From: Octopus bimaculoides
Taxonomy: Eukaryota
Direction of reading: 5' to 3'
DNA: 64,000 nucleotides
NCBI RefSeq assembly: GCF_001194135.2
Contig: NC_068981.1
Span: 59,719,172 to 59,783,171, forward strand
Shown: positions 26,113 to 39,099 of the stretch, in pieces
Layout: the number at the start of each line of letters is the position of its first letter
Position numbering within the stretch: the stretch's first letter is position 1
The notes under the pieces: generated by a model
The model's database searches: none
What the model was told of the DNA's origin: nothing
What the model saw: the letters and a program-made list of their open reading frames with translations, nothing else
Made by a program: the position numbers and the translations under genes

Positions 26113-26300
26113 CCCAAAGTGATGTGAAATATTTCTTAATATCATCTGTTCTCTGTAACTTGAAATTATACCCTTTAAAAAGGCATAATATATCACTTTG
26201 ATATTTAGTAACGATACTAATACTAACTGTGTATATATGTCTTTTGAAATAATTGAAGATTTTGTTGCATCAGAAATAGTATCAGTACAGTGATGGGAAT

Positions 26301-26382
<82 letters not shown>

Positions 26383-26514
26383 CAGCAGCAACAAAAGCAG
26401 CAACAGCAGCAGTAATGCTAGTGGTAGTGATGGTTGTGATAGAATTGGGAGTTGTTGTTGTTGGTGGTGGTAACGGTGGTGGTAACGGTGGTGGTAACGG
26501 TGGTGGTAACGGTG
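26301..26514. repeat. (GTA)n tract grading into GCA/GTG/GTT repeats and (GGTGGTAACGGT)x4
   Basis: Read directly from the sequence. Confidence 0.95.
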
Positions 26515-27809
26515 TAGTTACCAGTAGGTTTGGAAGTGGCAGTTACAGCAATTGCAGGTGATGCTTCACTAAATATTTCAAGATCTTGCATGATAAACTA
26601 TTTCTGGCATTAAAGAGGAAACTTGGGTTCATGATGCAAAGTTTATGATAGGCTTACATTAAAGGTTATCAAGGATTATCTAGTTATCACTATAATTAAT
26701 TAAATGGTTTATTGTTTGCAACAGACAATTCCTGCTCCCATTATGTACTGAATATACAATGAAAATTAATAAATAGAATAAGTCTACCATCTTTCTTTAG
26801 TATAATGCAAACTAAATTTTCAGTATAGATGGAAAAGCACATTCATAATTAATGCCACTTTTCATTGTTATAATAAATTTCATATATTGTTTCTAATCAA
26901 TAGATTTACAATTCTTTCAAGACCTCCACGTTATTGTAGTAATGGAATTCAATCAGCCAAGCTTTTATATGAGTACGTATATCATAATCCAAAATCATCG
27001 AAACCTTACATTTTGGTAACAAAACTAAGACTAATCCTTGTTGTTTCGAGCAGTGAACTGACTTCTACGTAGAAGTGTATAGACTCAACACATTTGGTTT
27101 TGAAACTTTGATGAACCAGTGATAATCGGTTAACCACCATCTATTTGCTAGTAATATTCTCTATCGATAATTTCAATGAAGATAACCCTAGTGCAAATTA
27201 TCCGTTACGTTTCGAGACACTTTTATTCTCTAATTTATAAAAATTCTCACAGACTGCACCTACATTTCTTTCTCTTTTGTTAAGGTCTACAAAAGCCAAA
27301 TGGACAATTATAATGTTAAATATTATAAGACTTGTAATTTAAATTTTTATGATTTAATTATCTGAAATTCTGAATTTCGTTCTTCGAAGAATTAACATTG
27401 AATCTCAGGTAGATTAAGTTTGTCCTTCCTCCGACTGTAAATGAATAAAATCGATAAATCAATAAACTACACTCATAATACATAATGACGAAGACTCTAT
27501 AAATTCGCATAGTGCCAACATCTTCCTCAAATTACATCTAACAAGATTGTCTGTGCTGGAACTACATTTGTCATAGTTTCTCTCGATCAGGTCTAATCTA
27601 GTGCTAAACAACAAGATCTATATTAGATCTTACTAGTTATATTCTTAAACTAGAATAATATGTAAAATATATTATTCACAAAAGCAACTATGAGTAATCC
27701 ATTTGCGAATCATTGAATATATGCTGGGAATTTTCATTCATAGTCAATCATTTCAACAAAATTATGTTATAAGCTGCTTTCTTCCAAGGAATCTAGTGCT
27801 CTTAGCTTA

Positions 27810-28034
27810 GATTTTCCTTGGAGCTGGCCAGAATGGCACAGTCTCGAGTATAACCAGCTGAAACTGCAAAGATGTCGAATATAACCAGCCGAAACTGCAA
27901 AGATGATCTGGAACTCGACTGAGGAAAGAAAACTGCGAATAACCCGTCCTTGTTTTCACTTGTCCCTTTTTGTATCATCTGTCTGGATGTTTTTTGTCGC
28001 CTGTTGCGTTCTTGCCCCATTTTTTGTATTCCTT
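27810..28034 (+). repeat. Interspersed repeat, probably a PLE 3' or pseudo-LTR segment, with a 31-bp tandem duplication
   Basis: The 31-bp unit occurs twice (27844-27905). The CCAGCCGAAAC motif is like PLE 3' ends. The repeat ends at a gap. Confidence 0.4.
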
Positions 28035-28478
28035 NNNNNNNNNNNNNNNNNNNNNNNNNNNNNNNNNNNNNNNNNNNNNNNNNNNNNNNNNNNNNNNNNN
28101 NNNNNNNNNNNNNNNNNNNNNNNNNNNNNNNNNNNNNNNNNNNNNNNNNNNNNNNNNNNNNNNNNNNNNNNNNNNNNNNNNNNNNNNNNNNNNNNNNNNN
28201 NNNNNNNNNNNNNNNNNNNNNNNNNNNNNNNNNNNNNNNNNNNNNNNNNNNNNNNNNNNNNNNNNNNNNNNNNNNNNNNNNNNNNNNNNNNNNNNNNNNN
28301 NNNNNNNNNNNNNNNNNNNNNNNNNNNNNNNNNNNNNNNNNNNNNNNNNNNNNNNNNNNNNNNNNNNNNNNNNNNNNNNNNNNNNNNNNNNNNNNNNTAT
28401 ATATATATATATGTATATCAGTGGGGGAGGTGTATGATTGTGTGTGTGTGTGTGTGTGATAAGAAGAGCAACATTTAC

Positions 28479-28573
28479 CCTGATGGCATTTGAATTCAGG
28501 TCTAGAATATCTTGAACTAATAGTGCCACGCATTGTACTGATGCTCTGATGTTTCTTCCCGCAACTAATTATA
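28479..28573 (-). CDS. Candidate 95-bp exon, unknown protein
   Basis: Acceptor CTCAACAG, open frame IISCGKKHQSISTMRGTISSRYSRPEFKCHQ, donor CAGG|GTAAAT, phase 2-1. Confidence 0.15.
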
Positions 28574-29558
28574 CTGTTGAGTAGTGAACACATTTTCACA
28601 ATTCATTAATTCTGTGTAACATTATAACATGGTAAACTTGTATTCCTAAAAGTTCGGTCACGCGCACAGAAGAATCTTAAACTAAGTACTGTACTTTCAA
28701 AATAGTACCACATTGAACCAGCAGTAGAAAAAAGGAAATTTATATTGTGAGAACATAAGAGTGTAAGAGTAAGATGCAGGTGAGCCGAGTCACCGTAAGT
28801 ATGAAAGCTGTAGATTCAATTGATTTTCCTCTTTTTTTTTTCGCTTTTATTCCGGTAATGTCCTTTGGGAAATCATGATAATTTCTTTAAATATAGAAAT
28901 TTTTCCTCATTCAAAATTAATAATATTTGTTTTTAAAGTTAATTGTCATTTGAATTTAGTTACACCGTTTTCATTGTTTTAGTTCCTGTAAAACAGATAA
29001 CCATTTGAACGTAGAATTACGTACACACACGGGCACGCACACACGCACGCACGCACATATATTCATCTATCCATTCCTACACATATACTCACATGCGCAC
29101 ACATATTTACATAAATGCATATATGTATGCATATTATATATATATATATATATNNNNNNNNNNNNNNNNNNNNNNNNNNNNNNNNNNNNNNNNNNNNNNN
29201 NNNNNNNNNNNNNNNNNNNNNNNNNNNNNNNNNNNNNNNNNNNNNNNNNNNNNNNNNNNNNNNNNNNNNNNNNNNNNNNNNNNNNNNNNNNNNNNNNNNN
29301 NNNNNNNNNNNNNNNNNNNNNNNNNNNNNNNNNNNNNNNNNNNNNNNNNNNNNNNNNNNNNNNNNNNNNNNNNNNNNNNNNNNNNNNNNNNNNNNNNNNN
29401 NNNNNNNNNNNNNNNNNNNNNNNNNNNNNNNNNNNNNNNNNNNNNNNNNNNNNNNNNNNNNNNNNNNNNNNNNNNNNNNNNNNNNNNNNNNNNNNNNNNN
29501 NNNNNNNNNNNNNNNNNNNNNNNNNNNNNNNNNNNNNNNNNNNNNNNNNNNNNNNNNN

Positions 29559-29611
<53 letters not shown>

Positions 29612-31109
29612 AACATATATATACATATATATGCATATATGTACAAATACATACACACGCACTCGCATACATTTATGCATTATTGAATGCGATATGTGAA
29701 TGCGTATGGCAGAATGACAAGGAAAAAGTGGAATATTTCAATTAAATGATGCAGAGTATAAGTTTCTTTTCCCATTTGTTTTGTTTTCTAAACTTCGCAC
29801 TTTAAAGCACATTGTTCATTGTTAGTGAATGAATTATAAAGAAGAAATTTATTTTCCTGAGATTGTCTTGAATTAAAAATAAACAAAGTGTATTTATTAT
29901 ATCAATGGTTTTTATTTAACGGGAACAATTGCAGGAAACACTAGAACATATTTCCTTGAAAGTAAAGGCTTTTTAAAGGATATGTGTTTTTTTAAAACAT
30001 TTCATGCAACAACAAAAGCAGTATAGGTGTCACATTTTTCTTCCTGTCATTCTCAGTCATCAAATGCAAGATCCACTCTCGCCGTCGTCCTCCTCCTCTC
30101 CTTCATCGCCTTTGTTACCATTATCACTGTTCACTTCATCATCAGCTTCATTAAAATTAATCACTGAACATATGAAAGATGTAAGTTAAAAAGTTAGATT
30201 TTATATTAATTTAGAGATCCTAGTTGGAATATAGAGTGCAAACTGGGCTCCCAACAATGGGTTGGATAGAAAAGGCTGAATGCATTGTATATTTTTGGTT
30301 ATATTCAATTGATAGAAAAAGTTAGAATCAAATTTGCGATTGTTGGCCAACTACATTTCTTCAATGTTTATTTGTTTCTTTGATTTTTTTTTGGTTGAGA
30401 CGTTGACGTGGAGGAATTGTTATATATATTTATTTACTCCTCTTCATTGAAAATGAATTACATGACTCATGATCTATTTTTACCGATTATTTTCAACATT
30501 CTGAGGTTAATAAAATAAATTACGCGTCAAACATTGAGATAGATTCCTGCTTTTATAATGTATCCGAGACTGAATGAAATTATAAAATATACAAACAAGT
30601 GACAACTTAGTCTACAACTAATAGCAACAGAAAATACAAGAATAAAGTAGAAAACCATAAGATTAGGACAAGATAAGAAGAGAATAGTTAAACGAATATT
30701 GAACATAGATGGGTAAGGCGATAAATTATTCGATAAACGTTATGCACAACAGAGAAATAGCCAGAAGCAGAAGCAGAAGAGGAGGGTGCGACAACCTCAT
30801 AAGAATATAATCAAAAACAGTTTTGAATCAGAGTAAAGTGATAAATGGAGCAGAATTAACTAAAATAGAGCTGCGACCGATGAGACAATCTGAGGCGTCA
30901 TCAGATACATTTCAATTGCTCAGTTATTTCGGGAATATAACATTCTAGATCGGTAATACATAAAACAATGCGTACAGGGCTATAGTCCATGATAAGCAGA
31001 TCAATACAATATGAATATCAGCAGGAACTTATATTTAAACAGCTTCGGAATGAAAAACGCAGTGTGGATCTGGGCGTATTTCGCACCCAAAATCGAAATA
31101 GACCTATCC

Positions 31110-31265
31110 GAATGTCACAATACCGGTTCCCATATGCTGTTCATATCTGCACTCAGTCTGATTAGGAGGTTGTTGTGTCCTAGCATATGTGCTGCTTCTT
31201 TTAGTGTTCGTATTTTCCAGTGGTGTTCTCTGTCTAATATTTTAACTGAAAACAACTTAGCAGAC
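31110..31265 (-). mobile_element. Penelope-like GIY-YIG C-terminal fragment
   Basis: Manual minus-strand translation VKILDREHHWKIRTLKEAAHMLGHNNLLIRLSADMNSIWEPVL* matches the PLE pattern ILDRE..W..R..KEA.H......W.P.L. Confidence 0.7.
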
Positions 31266-31879
31266 CGCTGAGGCAAGAGGTGTTTATTGCTGTGATATTA
31301 ATGGATGATTTGCGTGTGGATGATTGGGGAGATTGTTGGACGTGTGTGTTTGTGGTGGTGGGTGCGTGTGTGTTTGTGGTGCGATCCATAAATGCATTTA
31401 TGGATCACACATTGAAGAGAACAGAATTACGGGATTTATATTTACACACAGCCATTATGGATTACCACAGTGGATTTTACCACGAATGTGTATTATTTCT
31501 TCCAAATTTTAGCACAAGATTATACCAATGCACATCTATGCCAGTAACTTTTTAAACAACTTCTTGAAACAACATCTTTTTCGTATATTTTTAAATAGCA
31601 TTCAATTGACTACACGGAATTTCACCCTTTTCTCTCTGACGAGTCGATGTATTACCTAATAATGATTATCAATTTTAGATTTCATTTCGAAGGGTAATAC
31701 ATTCATGAAACGATCGTAAGATATTTTAAAATTTTAAACTTTTTAAATAATCATACTTTATATATTTATACATCTATCTATTAATACAATATTATTTTGG
31801 ACGTATATCTTCTGTGATGATTTTTGATATAATTTACCTCTTATTTTATAATATAATATATATAGATAGATACACATAC

Positions 31880-32247
31880 GAGTGAGTGGACAAACGAAAG
31901 AAGGACACTCAACACATTTACTGGAAGTTACATGTGTGGATCAAAACAATGTCATTCAAATTCGTTGGTACTCCGAGTTTCAAGCGTAATGCTAGTATTC
32001 AGCCATTTTGAATTTAAATGATGGAAGTTGATTGTTATTATCGAAAGGTCAGCTGCGATTGGTCGGCGAAGGTCACATGGTGTCGTGGCTTGATGTTGGT
32101 ATATTGGTATATCAGTATATCAGCGACAACAGTTAGTTGAAATATATCGCATGATGAACAGGAACTCGACCGCGTGGTGGACTGGAAATCGGTCGGGTTT
32201 TTGGAGGGGAATGTGGAAGGGGCAGTATGTGCAAGCATATAGTTGTA
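31880..32247 (-). repeat. Unclassified interspersed repeat, copy A (CCAAT and YY1-like motifs)
   Basis: Reverse-complement homologue of 48294-48660, roughly 70-75% identical by eye. Confidence 0.85.
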
Positions 32248-32387
32248 TATGTGGGTGCGTGGACGCGCTTATATGGTTTTCCGTGCATGTCTGTATTGAT
32301 GCGAGCGTACGCATGTATACATGGACGTGCACGCCCACACACATGCGCTTGCACACACACACACACATGAACGGACACGCTCGTGCG

Positions 32388-32431
<44 letters not shown>

Positions 32432-32434
<3 letters not shown>

Positions 32435-33298
32435 GGTAGCCCAACAGTCACTACACCACTTCAACATATAATAACACCTTTGGTTATTAAATATTCACAT
32501 TTTCACATTTATTGTTTCATAAAAAATAAATACACTTCTTGGAAACATCTTTGAGTAAGTTTGAAAATTATGCCCTTCAAATGCTCATCATCTCATTCTT
32601 GACAATGGTCAACTCTTTCTAAAGGGTGTTCTACGACCATTTGTAATGTTTCTGGACTTATTCCTTCAATTCTACGCTTTAAATTGCTGGATAATTCGAG
32701 GTTTGTTATAGAATACTCTATCTTTCAGACATTCTCACAAGAAGAAGTCTGAACCTATCAACTCAGATAAGTGTGAGAGCCAATTGAATTAGAGTTTCTT
32801 GATCTGGGCAGCATACACTAATCATACCCAATAATCAGCTGGCCTCCGTCCTGCACTAGCTGGGAAAAAATTCAGTATTCTTTAAATCTTCTGTAATGAT
32901 CTTCGGCATATGCCGAACTGCTGGGATCACCTTCGGGTTAATGTTGGAGTGCATTATTTGTTGCTCCGTTGTATACATTGAATATTGCTCCAATACCTCC
33001 CTGAATATACCCAAATCAATCACGTCCCCCAATCGTTCAAACTGCTGGAATAAGTTGAGCATGACTTGTTTTGTTGATGATTGCCTGACCTGAAAATGAC
33101 GAATGTAAGCTCTTTGGGTTAGCGTAATTGATCATTGATATTTATAGATAAAATTTGAGTATCTGTATTCGTTCCTCTATTGTTAAATTCTCTGTGATTA
33201 TTTTTCAAGTATCACTTGTCAATAATCTGAAACAAAAAATTGAAAAAATAATCAAAAACTTATTAGCATTTAAAATGGTCTGGTAACTTTTGAGCCAC

Positions 33299-33302
<4 letters not shown>
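32432..33302 (-). mobile_element. Internally deleted Tc1/mariner-superfamily transposon
   Basis: Left end TA|CAGGGTAGCCCAACAGTCAC; right end reverse complement TAGAGTGGCTCAAAAGTTAC (14/20 match). Minus-strand remnants include QDGG, a WPPRSPDL-like motif and DFFL..CLKDRVFYNKPR. Confidence 0.75.
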
Positions 33303-33361
<59 letters not shown>

Positions 33362-33400
33362 GTTTATCTATCTATCTGTCTGTCTGTCTGTTTATCTATT
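33300..33400. repeat. (TATC)n/(TGTC)n microsatellite
   Basis: Read directly from the sequence. Confidence 0.95.
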
Positions 33401-33901
33401 TATGAGACTGGCTGCTTGTTTCTCTGGGATTGGTGAAATTGGTACAGACAAATCTGATAAAAACCTAGCAACGGTAGAAGTGGTTTGAGACTGTCCATTT
33501 TTTTTCGTTCTGCAGAGAAATGGGTAAATTTACTATGCTTATATATCTACTACACAGGTTAAATATATGCCATGAAATATAGAAACTATTTCCAAACATA
33601 CAAAATATATCCCTCATCTAAAAGCCTTCGAACCAGAAATATTGCCAAGCAATATTTGTCCTCCAGCTGCGTCAGACAGCGTGTGAGGCACTACATGATT
33701 CATTGATCCATAAGAAATTGGGACTAAAACCAAAATCTAATCTGTCATCTTTAAAAATAACATAAAGGACTGAAATATAAATATATTTGGCAATACAGTT
33801 AATTAGAATGCATGAATTGAAACCGGGAACATTCTCTACTATTTCCAATAAAATTGGGCATAATTATAGAAATGCACTTCAATATATAAACTGTCCCTCA
33901 G

Positions 33902-33953
<52 letters not shown>

Positions 33954-33989
33954 ATAGAATTATACAATAATGATATTATACCTCAATAG

Positions 33990-34990
33990 TATTATACTCT
34001 GTCAATCTCGAAGAGATGAATACCAGCGTTGCCTCAGAGGGATTTTAACTCAGAACTCAAGAAGAAGCAAGCAAATAACAAGGCATTTTGTCTAACACAC
34101 TTCTTTGTCAATCCACCACACTTACAATTCTAATAGTAATCGTTTTGAATTAAGGCACAAGTCGAGCAAGTCTTGTGGGAGGTTTTATTTGATGACATTG
34201 TCCCAATACTTGACTGATACAATATTTCATGAATCCTGGAAGCTTAAAGCAAACTTGACATCAACAAGATTTGAACCTTGAATATAAATGACCGAAACTA
34301 GATATCGCAAACTCTTTTGTCCGGCATTTTGTTATCCTGCCAATCGACCGTTATTCCAATGGTTTTAGTATTAACTATACAAGCTGAGCTATTTTGGTGG
34401 AAAGAACTATTATGAATTGGCACGTATTTTATCTTCTCCAACTCAACGACAATGGATGGTATGCCACCTTTATTTCGGCAAGCTTTGATTGAAACTTAGG
34501 AAGTCATAACTATTTTTACGTGGGAAGTTTGGTTACACTTCTATTCTTCTTTCACCTTCCGCTCTTATATTGATAATTGTTAAATTATATCTAAATTAGG
34601 TGCAAGAAGGTAGGTTTAAGGCAGAGGTTAATCGATATATTCAATGTCAATACTTCACCACTACTTTATTTTAACGAGAGTAAAATGAAACAGAAAATTG
34701 ACCCAAGAACACAGAGCCAAAAGAAATACCGCACGGCGTTTTGTCTGGTTCTCTTACAATTCTATCAATTCATAACTTTTATAGGGATACTGATAATGCG
34801 TTTTGATTTCGACACAAGACCAGTAGTTTTGAAGGGACAGAGTTAGTCGATAACAGTAATCTCAGGTCTTCACTGGTACTCTATTTTAACGAACATGATA
34901 AGTAAAGTTGGCCTCAACAGAATTTGGACTGAGAATATAAAGAAACGAAAGAATTATCTAAAAAGCATTTTGTCTGACGGTATTTTGATT
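33990..34990 (-). mobile_element. Cluster of about four old SINE family A copies
   Basis: Repeated degenerate matches to GGCACAAG...GTCGA...CCCAGTA...AAAGT.GACCTC..CAGAATTTGAAC...GCATTTTGTC at about 33990, 34140, 34620 and 34800. Confidence 0.55.
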
Positions 34991-37900
34991 TTGCTAATGG
35001 AATACCCTTGTAATATTAACAATGATAATTCCTTTTGTTATATATTCTACAGCTGTCCTTCAATGAAACTATGGACATTTTTTCAGAAACGAGAAGAGCT
35101 CCTGTGATATGCTGTAGAATTATTCTATATTCTTTCTTCCAGTGATTCATATTTTCTTATACTAATCCTTCTATTCACAAGAGAACGAGCAGTAGCTTAT
35201 CATTTGATATTCAATCAAGATTTCTTGAATTTGTTATAAGAAATATCTGAAAGAAATGTGTGTTAGTTGAATGAGCATCATTTTTATAGTCCCAAAATTA
35301 TTAATGATTCCAAATAAATAGGTGCATAAATAAATAAACATCAGAAATCATTGAAAGGGAACCTTCATTGCTTATTTATATATGTTCTCAATGAATGAAA
35401 GTCAAAGTATCGCAGGAGGGTTAACACTGATCCTTACCCTCTCGTTTCTTTAGCGTCAAATGTAATGCTCATGTCCATGATTCCCAGTAAGTTTCAAATA
35501 TGAAGGCTCTAAAGACTGATTCTAGAACAGCATTATTTTTCCTTTCAATATATTTATAAATCGTTAGAAATGTCTTCCTTCTCATATGTCTATTACTACG
35601 TGATACGATTCCTTTCTGTTCATGTGTGTTTGTTTCAGTAAACGTTTTGTGCAAAAGAGTTACGAACAGAAGAAATCAGAAACAAGTTTCGATCACAGAA
35701 GTAAAAGTGTGTATAAAGCAGGATTTCAACATATAAAATGTGGTAACTATTGCGATAGTATAAATTATTAAATATATATTCTAGTCATTTGTGAAATGGT
35801 CAATAATTTGTTCAATTTCAAATATTTTAACCTTCCTTTTTAATCTATTTCCTTTTAAGCTTACTTGAAAACTACATTGTCAATTAAACAATATATTATT
35901 ATTGCTCTATGTAGATCGAATCGCCATATCTGCACTTCGTTATCCAGATTATACGAAATATCTATATTTTGTTGTGAAATGATACATTTACTCAGCTGTT
36001 GCGGCAGTTGTCTTTTTCAACAAATATGTATTAATTAATGTAATGGCTTTTTGAAACTGAATGAATATATAGAAAATGGAACCCATCAGTGATTTGCTCT
36101 GTGCAGTACTTTACAAGGAAATCAGAATATTCCATCTGATCATATCAACATGACAATAGATTATATATCAGCAAGTTCACGGTATTGGTTAGGGTGAATA
36201 TTAAAAGCAGAACATGTCAAAATATTTTGATGCCACATGTTAAAGTATTTTGATGCCATAAATCACACGATTGTTCCCATTCCAACAGCATTAAACTTAT
36301 AATACATCGTGGTTTCTAGAGAATTCACCATCTTTACATATGCTAACCAATTGAGGGAGTCCCTACGTTTTCAGCAGTTATGTGCTACCCTAACATTTCC
36401 CGTTAAAAATTGACTTTATCAATTACCGACATAGCAGCATAATGATGTATTTGAAATAAAATATCCCCTAGAGAGATGAAATAAAACCGATGAAGATTGA
36501 CGTCAATTTATTAGCTGGTATTCAATATTTCCAAGGCCATCAATTTAATGTACAATGGTAAATATTGGCATTGGTTTTCAAATATATTTTATCGTGATAA
36601 TTTGAAATGAATTATCTATGTGATATAAACGAAGAATTTTCTAGGGAAATAAACTTTTGAGAAATGCTGTCTTTAATCTTCCGTCTAAGCATTCAATAAA
36701 TACATATTATTGAAATAAGTAATAATTATGTGCATTGTTTAAAATTAAACAAAAAGCTATTATAAGTGAAAGGCAAATTTTACTGAAACCATTAATATAT
36801 AATGCACACTATAATTGATGTTGTTTATTAATGTCATAGTATAAGCTAAACAGCAATCTATCCCAAGGAAACGCTAATGGTTATAGCATTTGGAAGGCAA
36901 ATTCTCTGTTAGTTGCCATTGAATTCTGTAGCAGCTATAATACGTAATTATATTTAACCAATGAATGATTCATTATCTCACAGGAAAGCTAAGTAGACAT
37001 ATTTGCTGACAAGTTACCTGCGAATCTATGAAGATAATCTGAAATATTATGTGAAATAATTTGTATACTTTTATTCTACTTAAATGACTTTTACTATATT
37101 TATAATTTCTAAATTTCATAATTTACTATATAGTAGAGTTCTTATGTATTATACCAGTAAAAAGACAATAACTGACCAATGAAACGAATTATCATTTGAG
37201 CAATTTGTCTACATACAAAAACAATTTAGGGACCAAGTATACAAGTATTACGAAGAAAATTACTAAGATCATAATGACACCTAAATAGTACATATATCAT
37301 TCGAAGACCATGTGAACTTAACTAAAAAATGTGGGTAACTTCTTATTAACTTATGTAGATCGTTCAAATTTCACATTTCTTTAGAGTCGTTTTTCTTCTA
37401 CACGAAGGTAATACTAAACATTATCACTTTCCTGCGTTTGTGCTATCTTAGAATCCACCACTGGTATGCATGTGTATGACCTATGATATAAGCAGCTGAC
37501 CAAATATGTTCTCCCTCCAGATGCTACCATCTGCAATAGATGAAGAAGGGATTGTCTTAGAATGCAGGAAGGATTATCCAAAAGGTCATATCAAAAGGCA
37601 ATCAGGAGCATACTTTTGAAAATAAAGAAAACTATTGGAACATTACAATAAACACCACAACCCTGTGTAAGAACTATCGGTTAGATATGTTGCATGGAAT
37701 ATGAAACTAAAATGATCTACAGTATTACAGATTAGCTGTTCGGTAAACGTAATTCCTTTAAATCTAGCTAACACTAAGGAGATGTAATGGACAATCTACA
37801 TCTGTTATATTCAGACTGTAAATTTCCATTTGTACCAGTTATCATAGGTGCACTGTACTATGTAACAAGTGATTTGCATAAAGCCGTATACATGCTGTGG

Positions 37901-39099
37901 TTTTCCAACAAAGATCAACGTTATTGATTCGCATTCTGCGAATATAGTCAAGTAGCACACTGAAATTTTGATAAAAACACACTCTCGCGAGCGCGCATTA
38001 TTACTGATGAAACACAGACTGTGAGTGTCTTCACACGTACACACATATGTGCTCACAATTACGTATGTGCACGCAACAGTAATTTTTGATAACCATAAAC
38101 CAAAAGCAGTGTCTTCATTTTCACAAATGAGCATTTCGGCATTGTTAGTGACCTGCGGTTTCAATTCAATGATATTGTGCCTACTTTATGTGATGTAAGC
38201 ATGTTATTTTTCAATATTTTATTGTAATTTAAGAGCATTTTAATTGATGACGGTATTACAATTTTATTTGCTAAACCACATGTGTGAATGGTTGTAGTTA
38301 CTTCAAATACATGCGTTGGTATGAAAATGCCCATGTTTAAATCGACGTTTTTATACTCATCCTCTAAATTTCGCAAGTCAAGATTGTTTTTTGCAGTCGC
38401 TGTAAAACGCTAAACAAGTTATTTCTGAAACAATTACATAATCGTAATTAAACACTGTTCTAAAGTTTCAAAAAGGAACTCCTCTTTAGATTGATTAATT
38501 AACTATAATAAATACTGAGCAAATTCTTTGACTGGTTACTATATTGAACAGCGTGAAAATGATTTACACCTAGACACAAACGGATCAAGTGTAGAGTAAC
38601 ATCCTTAATGTGAGGTAGGTTGCTAACCTCATTGGCTGCTAAACCTGGTAATGTTAGCAACACTGCCGTGAGCCATCATTGTGTTGTCTCTCCATTTTTT
38701 ATTTATTTCTGTACATTAGCCACTTCATGCAGTTATAATATACTGCAACACCAATATGCCTTCTCTCCCGTTTAACTTGACTTGCACATTCATTCAACAC
38801 CTATGCATAACACACAATTTTAAGACAGACATCCATAAGCGAAACCTTTGAACGCCTTTTTAAATGGAGATATATGCAATCGATATACCCAATAAACAGT
38901 TGTTATATAATTATCACAGAAGAAGTAGTATTTCAAAACCATACCCTGTATCCCAACATTACGCACAAATTAAAAATTCAATGCTGTTTTCAGTCCCTTA
39001 ATATCTGGTTATTTCTCATAAAATCATTCCCGAATATACTATCAAACCTGAATCCTTAAAGTCAGACATTCTTCAGTGCAAGAAACTCCTTCGGTGTTA

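Noticed and set aside
27613-27631. 8-bp-arm palindrome AAGATCTA-TAT-TAGATCTT
   Set aside because: Short enough to be expected by chance in AT-rich DNA.
27844-27905. CRISPR-like repeat (31-bp unit twice)
   Set aside because: Units are directly adjacent with no spacers, there are no cas genes and the context is eukaryotic.
28479-28573. CUB or LDLa domain assignment for the Cys-containing candidate exons
   Set aside because: Cysteine spacing is incomplete and the acidic LDLa motif and CUB core are absent.
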